A stretch of 64,000 nucleotides of DNA, taken from contig CM060732.1 of NCBI GenBank assembly GCA_030704615.1, forward strand, positions 27,962,001-28,026,000, written 5' to 3'. The position numbers and the translations under genes were made by a program. The notes under the pieces were generated by a model. It saw only the letters and a list, made by a program, of their open reading frames with translations, did not search any database and was not told where the DNA came from. Each line of letters begins with the position of its first letter. Within the stretch, counting starts at the first letter, position 1. Origin of the DNA: Takakia lepidozioides (lineage: Eukaryota > Plantae > Bryophyta). Positions 47,700 through 61,944 of this stretch are shown here, piece by piece.

Positions 47700-49619
47700 G
47701 TCTTAGGGATCCCATCGCCATCTTCTTAGCCTCCTTAGTGGGGGTGACAGTCCTAGCAGGCCGCTTGGTAGGAGTCATTTGTGGACGAGCTGGCTCAAAC
47801 TTGTCAGCACTATCCACGTCCTCCTCCTCCGCATTCTCGCTCTCTGGTGAGTAGTCTGCACTACGAGTCGCAGCACTATCCTCCTCCAAGTTCCTCTCCA
47901 AGTCGCTCGACTCCTTCTCCCCCACACCCATGTGAATAGGAGTATTTGCACTCAAACAACTACTTCTTCGCAATGGGCCGTTCCACACATAATGGGTTTT
48001 TCGCGAGGTGCTGTTTTTCTCTCTACAGTAGGAACTCGGATCACAATCGCAAGAGGGAGTCAGTAGTGTGTAAAAGCGACTTATGCAAAAAATGCGAGAG
48101 ACTGTGTGTGTAAGTAGAGAAAAAGTGAGAGACCTATCGCGACGTTGTCCATGTCCCGGGTTGCATCGGATGGTCCGCGTCCATCTAGTGGCGGGGATGG
48201 GATCTGGACACATTGTTTTTTTTCAAAATAAAAACTAGGGTATAAAGTAACCACTACCTTAGTGTCCATAACAACTGTTGATTGCTGACATGGCAGTCAG
48301 TGAGGGGCTATTGTAATCTAGGGACGTCATTTATGTAACACCAACGAGTTTGGCCCATGGCAACGCAGAGGAGGCTACGTTGGGCCAAGAACGAAGGGGA
48401 GCGCAATGCAAGTGTTACTTGAGCAAATGAGGAGCTGAGAATGCGAGCCAAACAATCAAGGAGGAGGAGAGCACTGCATGTAGAGTAGTGGACCGTGGAG
48501 ACTGCATTGACTTACCTAGGACTGCCCTTCTGTTGCCATTGTAACAACCAGGCTTTGTTCTCGGCTATTCTTTGGGCACGGAAGGCTTCGTATGCGAGCA
48601 TCCCATCCTCTTCTCTTGGGGTAAGTGACTCTTCTCCCCCACCATTAGCTTCAACAACGGCTCTTGCCAAATCGCCTCCAGTGTAATCGTTATTCTTGTG
48701 TTTTGTGTTGCGTTCACTATCTGCCATAGAAGGACTCTCGGCCTTTTGCAAGAATGGGAAGAGAGAGTATAGTACTACACCCTACAATGTCAACATTCAC
48801 ATTGATTGATGGCTTAGGCTGTAGGTACAAGCACATGAGAACAAATGGGCTGACGTTTGATGCCAAGAAGAGATGCAAGGAATGGGTTGGGCTGCTACTC
48901 ACCACCTTAAAGATATCCAAACTTAAAGCACTATACCTTATAGCTAGAAGTAGGGTCTGCTAGCTCATTAAATGAGTGGTCAAATCCGCTCCAAATATTA
49001 CTAGGAAGGTTGTTTGTAGATGACAACAGTCATATTTTTCCATTTTCTGCACTGTCACAGTCATACTCACTCTTTGTGTAGTTGTAAAGTAGAATGATGA
49101 CCTCTTAAACAATCACTCACAAAGTGGTTTTTTACAGTAGTGACAGTAGGTTGATGTAAGTCCTTCTTAGAGGCTTAGTCTATTAATCCTGATTCTCCCC
49201 CTCATACCAGGCAAGGAATTTGTTAGCATCAAGTCTAACAGAGCGGCTGCCCACCTGCTCCGGTGTCGAGAGCGTGACGATGCTCTTTGGCAACGTGAAG
49301 AGGCCCGATGTCGAGAGTATGGTATCAACAAGTGCACATGCCCAAGGGTGGAGGACGACCTGTCGCATTAGACAAAGTGAGAAAACATCTAATGGAGATT
49401 GGCAGATCCCCTGCGTTCAGATCCTAGAGAGGAGCAAGGAGGCATGCTTCTGACGATGAATGGGAAGAGGAGGCCTTGGAGGTCGGTCAGGACATAGCGT
49501 GTTGCTGGAATCGCAGGACAGCCTCACCGGACACATGGACAACTGGACATGAATGTTGAGGTGCAGCGCATGAAACCTTTCAGATCATAGACACACCTGA
49601 AATTGCAAATGGGGCAGAA

Positions 49620-50413
49620 GTGGAGTTAGATGATATAGTTGTTCAATGTGACACGAACACCCCAGAAGAAGCCCATGACCCAGTTGCGGGTGGGGACTCT
49701 CACAGTAATGATCCCATCTCATTGGAAGAGGCATGTCTACCTTTATATGAAGGTTGTAAATCCTCTAAGCTTGCAGCCACCATGCTTATAATGAATCTAT
49801 GCGCAACACATGGGGTTACAAATGGCTTTGCAGAGGAAATGTTCTCTTTGCTGCAGAAAACCTTGTTGCCACAACCAAATGTACTACCCACATCTTTCTA
49901 CCATGCAAGGACCATGGTGAGCAAGCTTGGGCTTGTTTATGAGAAGATCGATGCTTGCCCAAAGGGGGGTGTGTTGTTTAGGGGGGACTACAAAACTTCA
50001 GAGAGTTGCCCAAGTGTCAAAGCGCCCGATTCAAAAATGTGGGGAGATCCAAGGTACGTGTTAAGGTGCTTCGTCATTTTCCATTGATACCATGCCTTTT
50101 GCATATATATAGATGCTCTCTCAATTGCAGAATTAATGACCTGGCACAGTCGGAATGCAAGCAACGATGGCCTTGTGCGCCATGCAGCTGATTCAAAGGC
50201 TTGGAAACACATTGATGCTACTTGGCCCGACTTTGTAGCAGAGCCTCGCAATGTAAGGCTTGGTTTTTCTTTCGATGGAGTCAACCCGTTTGGTGATCTA
50301 AGAACAATTGCTGGTCAACATGGCCAATGTTGACGCTGGTATACAACCTACCTCCGTGGCTCACTACAAAGAAGTTCTTTGTCATGCTTTCTCTATTGAT
50401 TCCAGGAAAGCAT
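49620..50413 (+). pseudogene. Second CACTA Tnp2 N-terminal fragment
   Basis: LPLYEG, IDACPKG.VLFRG, RHAADSKAW, DGVNPFG, YNLPPWL.TKKFFVMLSLLIPGKH, then truncated. Confidence 0.88.
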
Positions 50414-52039
50414 AGGGGATAGTACCCTTGGGCATATCCAAATACCAACCCCCCCCCCTTCCCGGTGTTCCACACCCCAATCTTCCTCAATTGCAGGTGT
50501 GTACATGGAAGCTTGTTGAGCACCAAACTTCCAGGCCATCAGAAACTTGGGCTCAGCCTTAAGTCGATCACTCGGTACAAGCACAAATCTCATGTACCTA
50601 AAATAGAAACACATTCAAAGTTATTGTGGAGACAAATATTTATGCAACCTGTTCAACAATTGAACAAGCACATTAAGAAACATGTATATGCCAATGTACT
50701 AAAAAAATACTTGAAGCATAGACATTTTTTACTTACAAGGTGTATACACTATCCATGTACAATGCAATGGAAAGATGGTACCTGAATAAAATCCGTCTCA
50801 CCACCTTCTCCCCACCTGTTTGTTGTTCCCAATCATTGCCTCTGAATGGCCCCTTTGGCAATGAGAACTCTCTATGAAACAACTCATTGAAATGAGTCAT
50901 CTTCCATGTATCCATGTAGTCTCCCAGACTCTCACTCTCTCCTTCCTCCAAGGCAACATGAAATTGGCCAAGCTGAGTGGTGTACAAGGCAAACTGAGCC
51001 AAGGCAACCTTGCGAAGCTGCCAGAAAATACAGTCAGTTAAATAACTATGTTAATGTGTCATCAACAAAATGAATTAATTGCATTGAGAAGATAGTGATT
51101 GTATATGTACCTGCCACCAAAAAGTCCTTCTATTCAGCCAAGGATCAAGTGTTGGCCCATTGATAGGCCCGGGTGGAAAAAATTACGGTCGTGAAGTGTT
51201 TGGTCTCCATTCCATATATGTAGCCATTCCACCTTTTCTTCAGGATCCACCCGGGCGGTAGCAGTGTTCACCATTTTCTCTTGGGTCATTTCCTCTGATC
51301 CTGCCTTTACACGTGACCAATGCAGTTTAAGTTCTTGGAGAAACCCCTCTCAAAGGGTTGGATCAGCAATAGGAAGCAACTTCACAAGCTGACTCTTGTG
51401 TTGCTCCCTTGCTTTCAATCCAGCCTGTCTCATTGTATCTTCAAGGCCCTCTTGACTCTTTGGCCCCTCAGCAAGTTTGTAAGCTTCCCCCGCCATGCGT
51501 TGGGCCTCAACAATATCATGCTGCCAAAAGAACCAAAACAGTTCATAACATGAACCAGAGGTGAATCTTGTCTATGGATGCAAAGAATGAAACTTGGTTA
51601 AGACATGATGTTACCTTGTACAAAATCTCTGTCATTGCATGGACTGTCAGGTTATACCAAGTCTTTCCTGCTTTCTTGATGCATTCGACGTATTGCTCTT
51701 TCCTGAATACATTCTTCCATTCAGAGACAGGTGTAAGGCCAATCATATTGACCTTGCAAACCAAGTGCACAAATTTGGATGTAACATGTGCCCTCTCTGT
51801 TGCCCTGCACATATAAAATACGATTATTAGAAAGAAGATGTATATATGTACATCCATTGAGCAAGAACATGACAACATTGAACATGAAAGTAAATGAAGA
51901 ATAGAAAGGAAACTCACACATTCACTCCATCCATGATGGACCTAGTTGGATAGTCAACTAATTCCATGAATATCCTTGTCTTTCAAAGCTTACAACTTGG
52001 AACAGAATACAGGCCTGAGCATCCCGACAGAGGACCTCC

Positions 52040-53165
52040 GACCACCTACGCCGGCGCATATGACACATATGTGCAACCAACTCAAAATTTGACAAGATTT
52101 GAGGCCCTTGAAGAAATTTTTGCTCAAGGAGCTCCAAGCATATGCGCCGGCGCATACCATGGAAGGGAGGTTGTAGCCAAACATACAGGAGCACCTTGAA
52201 AGATCAAACTAGGCCTATGGAAGCATGTGGAGTTGTGGAGGTGGCAACGTAAAAGCTTTGAGATACTTGAATATTGTGATCAACCAAAATAGGGAAGGTT
52301 CCCCAAGCGTCTACGCCGACCTATGTGGCAGCCTCGATACTTTGGAGCTTACGTAACACAAGGAATATACAACAAAAAACCAAGCTCCAAGCATCTCCGC
52401 CGGCGGAGATGCTTGCATGAGGTTCCTGAAACCTAGGAGCTAAGCAAAAAAAGATTGTGCTCAATGGGTATGCGCCGGCGGATATGGCAGCCCAGCCCGC
52501 TCGGAGCATCAACAACTTATGAGAATGCGGAGAAACAAAAGAGATGGAAGGGGGGGAGAACTTCCTGAAATATGTGAGCAGCCCTGCTGCATGGGTCTGT
52601 GTTGACAGAGGTGGCAGCCTTGGCGCTTTGGAACTTCTGCAACACAGGGAATATGCAAAAAAAAGCAAGCTCCAAGTGTCTCCGCCAGCGGAGACGCTTG
52701 CAGGAGGTTCCTGAAACCTATGAGCTGAGCAAAAAAGAATGTACTCAATGGGTATGCGTCGGCGGATATGCCAGCGCAGCCCACTCGGAGCATCAGCAAC
52801 TTTTGAGCATGCGGAAAAACAAAGGAGATGGAAAAGGGGAGAACTTCCTGAAACATTTGAGCAGCCCTGCTGCACAGGTATGCGCCGGCGGATACGCCAG
52901 CCCAACCCGCTCGGAGCATCAGCAACGTATGCGCATGCAAAAAAATAAACGGGATGGGAGTAGAGGAGCACTTCCTGAGACATGTAAGCATCCCAACTCC
53001 AACGGTATGCGCCGGCGGAGGTGGCAGCCCAGCCCTTCTAAGCATCAGAAAAAACCAAGGGGAATGAGCTGTCTCCGCCGGCGGAGACGGTTGTGTGTAT
53101 GTGTGGAGATTCGCAAACTTGTGAGAGTTGAAGTGACTTAGGCATCTGCGCCGGCGGAGGTGCTA
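52040..53165. repeat. Dispersed array of about 10 palindromic CGCCGGCG-core motifs
   Basis: TATGCGCCGGCGGA / CTCCGCCGGCGGAG motifs roughly every 75-250 bp; perfect 28-bp palindrome at 52388-52415. Confidence 0.85.
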
Positions 53166-54383
53166 GATTAGGAGCAGCTTGGTGGGGCTTATGCGATGGC
53201 GCATATGCCTAAGTGCAGGTCATGAAAAAAACCAAAACTACAGCTTACTTTCTCCGTCCGCAGCTTGCCTCTACCACCACCACCACCAGCAACGCCTCCC
53301 CCTCGAGTGTCCTTCTTCCTCCCCATCGCCACAACAGCTCGTTGCCTCGGGGTGGTATAGTATAAGGCCGAGATGCGGCGCCTCCATCTCCTCTTCGCAA
53401 CGGGAGTCTCCAGGGTGTAGAGACTAGAGACGTGTTAAGTGCTTGTGTAGTTTGTGTGTGTTTGTTTGGGGGAGTGGCAAAGGATAATGTGCAAGTATAC
53501 TAGACTACGTTAGTGTAGTAATGATACCGGGTTAGTCATGTAGTAATGGCAACAAGTTTAACTGAATAGAAACAGTTTATTAACAAAAAAGTAGAGGTTG
53601 TTTCATTGAATAGAGCATGGCTTGTTGGTAAGGTTGTGGTGTATTTTCCACAAGGTTGCGGGTTCAAACCTGCCCCCGCCAAGGAGTGCGGGGGAAAAGG
53701 GGGGCGAGGTTAGCGAAGGCTAAGGCCAAATTGGCCAAATCTGAAATGTGAACCTTTTTTATACACTCTGGCGTTAGTGCTTTTTGGACTACATGGGTTA
53801 CACGTGGATCCTCAGAAGATGGTTGTACGATTGACATGTTACTTTGTGGCGGCGCCTTCATAATACAATATAAAGTAAGTGATAAAGTAACTAAATATTT
53901 TGTTATGGGTGTCTTAATCAATTTATTGGTTTTAGAGTCAATTGTCGCCACAAATACTTGTACTCATTACTCATACATGAGTAATCAAAGAACAAATCAA
54001 CATACATGTCATGGGATTTGATTGTAAATAAATTGTGTCGTCTAGTGTGTCAGTTCATAGTTGGACGATTAATCAACGATTGGTTGTAAAATAAATGGAA
54101 ACATGCAGAGCATTTATGTTTCATATGCTCATAAGAAGAAGGCAGTACATTGGATTCTAAGATCTCAACAACGGCGCCGTCGTCTAAAAATAGGGGATAG
54201 TCCATTTAGTTGTTTCTGTCAGAGAATAATATGGATGGAGCACATGCCTCAAAAAATTTGGACCTTCTGGATTGATGCTACACATAAGTAATGTAAGCCA
54301 TTTAATGTATTTGCATAAGGTCTTGCAAGATGTGCGCTTTCATTCATTTTGCATCTTCTCTCAAACTTTGAGGGCATTGCCAA

Positions 54384-57300
54384 ATGTCTACACCAAAATA
54401 TGCAGTGCTTTCATGTCCACCTGATGCAAAAGTGGTTCGTTATCCTTGCAATGGAAACAAGTGCATTATCCCAGAACCTTGGTTATGCAATAGATTCAAA
54501 CTTGTTCCGGGTTCAGTTTTTTTGGAGGATGATGGAGATGATGATGCCTCCACAGTGTTGCTTCCAGTTTTCAATGACGGCCAAAAGCAATGGGAGTTGT
54601 TTCCAGACACTTTCTCCAAGTACCGTGTCACAGGTACGAGCTATACACAGTCACATGATGAGAGGCACACTTCTATTGCAAGAAAGAACGATCAAGCTGC
54701 AACAAATGGGAGTTGTAAATTGAAGGAGGAGGTTGCAGATTCGGCGAGCTTGGGGTCTCATAATTCGGATTGTGTTGAGGTTTCTAAGAGTGTATTTTGT
54801 GGATCTCAACCTTCCTCATCTGCTCATACGGTCTTGCTTCACGACATGAAGCCTCGGAAAACTCCATTGGACAACACCACGTCTGATTGTTGCGAATCTG
54901 CGAGGGGTTTATCTTCATCTCCACGACTAGCAGGGGAGGCTACATCTGCATTTCCTTCTGGTGTGTTGTCCATTTTGAGTATCTTGGCCACTGCTCGGAG
55001 GAATGGATCAAAAGGAGAGCTTTCTACCTTGGACTATAGTCACATTCCAGTGCATCGTGTTCGGTGTCTTCCTCGAGCTTTTGATGGAAAAGTGATCCAC
55101 GAACTCCCCCCCGTGGTCAAACTACGTACGGACCGTGGTTCACAGTCCCTCCAAGGCATGGACCGCAAGTTTGATGGTCATCCTTGGTGCAAGACCAATA
55201 CCTACAATATGTCTGGTGTTCCAGATCATGTGAAATGTAGTAAGGTTCTTTGTGTTGGAAAGCTCATATGTCAAAGCAGCACTTGCCCCTTCTTCAAGAA
55301 AGAAGGAGAACGGAATGACCGCTATTGGGAAGGCAATGCAGACAAGGTGTTCATTGCAGGAGCCCAAGTTCCATTCAACCAGTTCAAGTGTAGTTTCTGC
55401 AAAGAAAGACCTTTCTGTGAGGCGCATTGTGGGGCAAGAATGTACTATGTCACAAGTTCCCTTCCAACATATACACGTGTTGCAGTTCACGTTGGGTTTC
55501 ATAACCATCCATGTGCCAAGGGCGAGAATAGAGAGGCTGCGGAAAATGCATCAAGCATGATTCAAGAGCACGTTCAGATGAAGCCATGGTCAACCCCGGG
55601 AGCTATTTCCTTGTCAATGGCCCAAAAGCTCTTGATTGATCGAGTTCTTGTGGCTGATGGCACAGAGACAGTACGTCTTGAGGGAGAGGCTTTGGAAGAT
55701 ATTCTTGAAGAGTTTGCCCATGTTTGTAGCCCCAATGTGAAAAACAAGGTCGCATCTGCACGTGTCAATTCCATCATGTCCATATTGGAGTTGAAGCGTC
55801 TAAGTACATACCATTTCATTCATAGCAATCTCCTTCCAGGCCAACATACTTCTCATCTCCCCCATGTTTTCAAGATGTCTGTTGCTGGTCCCGGGAGTGG
55901 TGTTGATCTTGTGCGTCGCATGAGTGAGGGGGATCTACGCACAAGTTGGGTAGTATTTGACCATGTCAAACGCATCAAGGATTGGACAACTCTTGCGTGT
56001 CATGTCTATGAACCATATGTCAAGCGAATGATGACCATTGCCATTTGCGATATGAAAACAGAGGATGCAGATGCTCAGGTGTTATTCTGGGAGATGATCA
56101 ATGAACAAGCAAAACTTGCTGGCTTGAACAAACCAAATTTTGCTGGCTTCATGGCGGATGCAGCAGGAGCAAATTGGGCTGCTGTTCGAAGGGTTTATGG
56201 ATCTGATCCCAATGTCCCAATGGAAGGTAAAGAAAGAACATGTTTATATCATTGGGCTGAGAGCCTCCGAAGACACACCAACGACTATATCTTGGAGGAC
56301 TTCCGTGAAAGGCACACTCAGCTCTGTTATGAATGGAAAGATAGTGCTACCTTGGAGGATGCTACAACCACATACATTGCAATTCGGGCTTGGTGGCTCT
56401 CTTCAGGAGCATGCACAGAAAAGAGTCTGCCAAAATTGGATTCATGGCTTGCATGGTGGCACTACAGATATCGAATGTGGGGCTAATGGATGAGAGAGGA
56501 CATGGATGTGGAGGCAGATGCAGATATGCCTACCACTAATTTGTCTGAGGCAGTCCATTCTGCTTGGTGGAAGACAGCAGGCAATGGGAAAAAAATGAAG
56601 GTGGATCTATATGAGGCCACCATGCATGACATGTCACGAGCTCTTTTGCAGCAGGCAACATTTTACAGGCACACCACAGGAAAACATGGGGGACGGGGCC
56701 CGACAAAGAGGAGCTCATGTTGCGTCAAGCAGCTAGATCTAATAGCCCAGCAAAAATGGGTAAGGTTGTATGTGGCATAGTAGCTGGACAACCATGCACA
56801 CAAGGGGGGTTCAATTGGAGGGAGACAATCGCACTATTCCAGTCAAACGCAAGTTAGGCGATGAGCATGGTGGGCCAAACGAATCTTGGAGGTGTGATAT
56901 GAATGTAAAGACTGTTCTAGTGCGCGCCACTGGGATGCCCATTCCACACCAACCATCTAGGTTTGTCAGCTCCAAATCAAGTCATGACATTCCTGGTTCT
57001 TCAACTTTCTATGAGACAAATCCACATGTTGCTATCCCTCCTCAGCCAATGCAATGGGGAAATCCAGTGAGAGAGACACAAGACTTTTCCGATGCATTGT
57101 TCAGGATTCAGCGGACAGGTCCTGCTTCCATGGTTCGTTGTTCTGCCTTGGTTGGAGTTTCCAAAGATAAATGCAAAGCGCTCATCAGGAAAGGTAAAGA
57201 AGTCCTGCACCTTGCTTCACTGGCAAGTTACTAGCACCGAACATGAAAGAACCAAAACTGCAAGTTTTTTGGTTTTGCCCCACAGATGTTTTGTCGTGTG

Positions 57301-57926
57301 TTGGAGGGACCGTGCCATCCTATTGCTTGGGAAAACCGGGTATACCTAACATGTGGCCTGTGAAGGTTGGAACCAACCTTACACAAGAAGAGGTGGACAA
57401 CTTGACCCTTGCAGGTTTTCGACTAGTCCATCCTCCCAACGTTCCTGATCCGAACTTTCCTGTGGGACCACTTCCAGTGGAACAACATATTCATCAAGGT
57501 GTTGTCCTTCCTGTGGGTAAGTATCCCACTACACGCTATGGGGTGCGCATTCGGCGTCGGGATCCGACTCCTCGACACTTGAGTCGCCAAGAGTCAGCGG
57601 AGACTCTTATTGCTGAGGTTCGTGGATTCAGAAACGTGCCTCAGCCAGGTTATGGGAGAATTTACCAGCTACAAACAGAGGGATCTACCAGAGCAGGATT
57701 GGTTTACAATGTATACATTGGTCAGTTTCCATCTTGTGATTGTCCCGACTTTGATGAGCTATCTGTCAAGAAGAAAAAACAAACATATCTACCTTGTAAG
57801 CACATGTACTTCATGTACAACGTGCATCTAGGATGCGCCGGGGCTTATGAGATCCACCAACCTTCCCTTAGCCAGTTAGAGGTTAGGGCTATGCTAAAGA
57901 AGGACCCTAGTTCAACTTCTCAGTGA
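54384..57926 (+). pseudogene. Mutator/MULE-like DDE transposase with Cys/His-rich (GCM-like) domain and SWIM zinc finger; one stop at 56484 plus frameshifts
   Basis: C..C..C..HNHP; FDHVKR, FMAD..ANW, CLYHW, TTNLSE; SWIM SCDCPDF..PCKH. Confidence 0.8.
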
Positions 57927-58556
57927 CACATGAAATGCACAAAAAAAGAACCTCCAACTTGTGCCGTTCATTTTCATGCATGTGACATGTAATTATCTTG
58001 TTACTACTTTATTCCAAACATGACACATAGCATTTGTTAGTACAAAAGTTCCTATTTTGGTTAAAATGGAACTTGTGTACCTGTCATACAAGTTTTCAAA
58101 TTATAGAACTACTTGGCATTACAAACAGACATGCAATGTGGTGGTTCCAAACATGACGCATATGCATTTGTTAGTACAAAAGTCCATATTTTGGTTAATA
58201 TGAAACTGTTTTCCTTGAATACAAGTTTGCAAACTATTACTTTGGCCAGGGATCTTGTATTCTCTTCAGTTTAAGGTGGTGCATTAGTTGGAGTTAGTGG
58301 TCACATGCATCTTTGACCATTGACTACTGATTTTGTTAGCTAAGATTTTTATTTTATTTTTTTCTATATACATATGATGTAACATTTGCATATGCAATAA
58401 ATACGTCGTATTCTATGTTATATAACTCCACTGCATACAATCTACAATGTGTGCATACAAATTTGTCACATGCATATATAATAAGGGATTTTGTGCATGC
58501 ATGCACGCAACCTGTGCATATGGAATAGCAACCCCCTTTGGCTTTTGTCGAGTTGA

Positions 58557-58880
58557 CACTAGAGGAAAAACGCGGAATAACCACTGGCCCTTTAACCACT
58601 ACTGTCTTTTTGCATTCTATAAACCACTAGTAACCACTTGCCAGTGGTTAATCCCAATGAAATGCTACGGTGGCATCACAGACAATGGTTGGAAGTGGTT
58701 TCAACCACTCGGTAGTCCACGTATAATAATTTGTTTTTATTTATTATTATTTATTTGATAATATATTTTAATTAGTAAATTTAATATTCCACGTGGACGA
58801 GTGTAGTGGTACATTGTGAGTTGTTATAGACACCTCAGTGATGGGAAGTGGTTGAAACCACTTTCTACTCCACGTGTAAT
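58557..58880 (+). repeat. CACTA left TIR and subterminal AACCACT repeats
   Basis: CACTAGAGGAAAAACGCGG followed by multiple AACCACT/AGTGGTT and CCACGTG motifs. Confidence 0.8.
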
Positions 58881-59060
58881 AATTCAAATTTGATTTGTGG
58901 TTTATGATTTGGAAATATATTTTAATTCATAAAATATAATATTCCACGTGGATGAGGACAGTGCACGTTGATCTTGAGTGGTTAAAGACACCTCATTGAT
59001 TTGTACCACTTTGATAGTGGTGGAGAGTGGGTGGTGAACAAATGGTTCCAACAATAAACT

Positions 59061-61944
59061 TTATTCTGAATCTGAAACATATTCGTCACCCTCTGAATCA
59101 CTTTGCTCAACTGGAATAGCAGTTGGTTGCACAAATGCCGCTTGAATGGTAGCCAACATAGCCAGGTCTTCTTTATTTAGAGCCGTGGCACCATCTAATG
59201 ACCTAGGTATTGGCTGATCTGATAAGGTAGACGGTGCCTGAAGGCCATCAAAATCTGCATTTTCTCCAATGACTTGGGAACTCATCCGAAAAGGACACTT
59301 GTTCAACTTGAGATGGAAAGATGAATGGCTGATCATTGGCAGGTAACATCCTCCCAAAATTTGCAAGTAGAAAACCATACGAATCCCGCTTCATTGTAGC
59401 ACTTTGTCCAATGAGGTTGGCCCTCACCCAAGCACAACGAAATACAATGGGGAGCACTCGTCCATAATCCAATTTCAAGATCTCTTTGATGACCCCAACG
59501 TACTCTAATGGTGACATGACTGGATTGAGATCATGCACACTATTTCTACTCTGTTGCTGGAAAACAGATGCAACTCCGGAATCAAAAGAGACAAGAAGAC
59601 GACTCTCCGTGTCATTCACTCGATAATGATTTCCATATGCCTTCATGCCACGAAATGAAGCTGATCTCAATGAGGGGGGAGTAGACAAATGAAGTACATC
59701 CGTATCCTCAGCACGTATGATCAGAGACATGGGCCTGGACTACACGGCGTATCCATACCGGTAGGGGTGGAAACTCTAACAAATGGGGAGGGTATGGCAC
59801 CGGAAGGCTGCGGTGACGTCGACGATTGGCACGCCACTCACGAGCACATGCCTCTCAGTCTGTAGTGAACTATGTCTTCTCTGTTGCATACTTTCTGTCA
59901 CAAAATGGCAACAAAAATGACACATGTTAATAATGAAGTGTTGCATTATTTTGCAGAAAATACCTAGCATGAATGATACTTTGAAAACCACTAGATGTGT
60001 GAGCAGAATGACTTGTAAATGAACATGCTCTTCCAAAAAGTCACTCACTTAGACATTTAGTTACTACAGAAGTGGTTATAATCACGATGAACCACTGACA
60101 TTTGTGACTTTGTGGGTGGTTGTATTACACTGGTGACAGTCACAATTGCCATTGAACTTGATATGAATAAGGTGCAATGAAAAGAAGAACTCATTGCACC
60201 CAATGAACCATCACATTGGTATTGTTCAGCACATACAAATGTGCTGCATCTCTCTCAGCTCCACTCATGTCTTGCTTTTTGCCGACACCTTCCAAGACCT
60301 CGTTCTCAACCCCTTCCTCCGCATTTGCATCCCAAATCCGCCGTTGATGGAGTATGGCTGCAGGATATATTCTTGATGAGGCCATGGGGTTTATGAGTGA
60401 GTATATGGCTTTGCGTAATTCCTAACGTATCCCTTGAGATCTTTCATGTAACGCTCCATGGGATACATCCACCGTGAAGACACCGGACCACATGTGTCTA
60501 GTTCATCTACGAGATGAACTAGCAAATGGGTCATGACATCAAAGAAAGAAGGGGGGAACTATTTCTCTAACAAACATAAGGTTATAGCAACATCCTCACG
60601 CAATGAATCTATTTCATTAGGGTCCCATACTTTGGCACAAATCCGGCAGACAATGCGACTCACACGCATAATGACCCCACGTGGGCCTGGAGCCATGCAA
60701 TGGCAAATACACATAGGTAAAATCTGTTGCATTAAAATGTGATAATCATGGGACTTCATACTCGTCAAATGTTTCCTAGACGGGTGTATATGTTTCTGAA
60801 ATGCACCTGCAAATCCCGAAGGAGTTTTAATAGCCCCCAAAGTATCAAGAAATATCGTGATTCAGCGGGAGTGAGTCGAACATACGGTGCTGTTGGTTTC
60901 ATGATACGTGAAGGGTTCTGTGGATCAGGCCGAAGCCACAAGTGATGTCTGATGCCAATTACCTCCATGCCGTTTCTCACCTTCACCGTGTCCATCCGTC
61001 CAAAAATCGTCTTCAACAAGTTTTCACAAAAATTCTTTTCGCAATGCATGGGATCCTGTAAGTAGCGTTGCAACAGATCCTGTAATTGGTGACACCATTT
61101 CAAGAACATTTCGACAAGTTGCAGTCCTATACAAGTCAGATTCCTTTATGAGCACTATATACTTCCATGTCTAAAGTGACTGTGATGCATGATAGTCCCT
61201 CCTCAGTGGTTCAAACAACTCATTTAGTGCATTATTAGCCTCTCAAGTGATGTCAACAACTTCCTAAGCATCATGGATACTACCTCTTACCACTCCACGA
61301 GTTATTAATGTGAAGTCTAAATTACATGCAGTACTGCTACTTTACCACTCGGAAAGTAAGAAGTAACCACTACAGGGGCACTACCTTTTCCATTTACAAA
61401 GAACGTTGAACTCAAACAAGTACAAATGCAGGGGGTACCTTCCAGTATGGTAAATCCCATAGGCAACTGCGCCTTTTGATACCATGAACCTTGGCTGGAT
61501 GAACTTCAGCATCAGGAAAAGCACGGGGGTCAAGGTCATAACCTTCAGCCTCAACACCAGCGGTCTCTTGTTCAACCGGTGTGAACGGATATGGCTTCGC
61601 ACGCATCTCCACCTGTCTATTGAAGTGTATGCGGTTCCTGCAGTATGGATGGGCCTGAGGGAGGAGCCTGCGGTGACCTTGATAGACAGTTTTGCCCAGA
61701 ACTTTAGAGTGTCTTGCATCTACATGAGGACCGCATACTGGACACCCTTTGTAGCCTTTTGTGACACATCGTGCAAGTAGGCCATAAGCAGGAAAATCGT
61801 GGATGCTCTACAATAGTATGGCTCGAGTATGAAGGTTCTCTCACCAACAGGTTTGCATATGTCATATGCCCGAACCCCCCTCCACAAAACAAGTAACTAC
61901 TCCATCAGTGGTGCTAACTACACATCTATGTGCTCACTTGTAAC
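59061..61944 (-). pseudogene. CACTA Tnp2 C-terminal half (end of Transposase_21, DUF4218- and DUF4216-like)
   Basis: [81 protein letters not shown]. Confidence 0.9.

Noticed and set aside
50733-51917. Possible Ulp1-like exons
   Set aside because: Catalytic residues cannot be identified with confidence.
52040-53165. CRISPR-like palindromic repeats
   Set aside because: Spacing is irregular, spacers are mutually similar, there are no cas genes and the context is eukaryotic.
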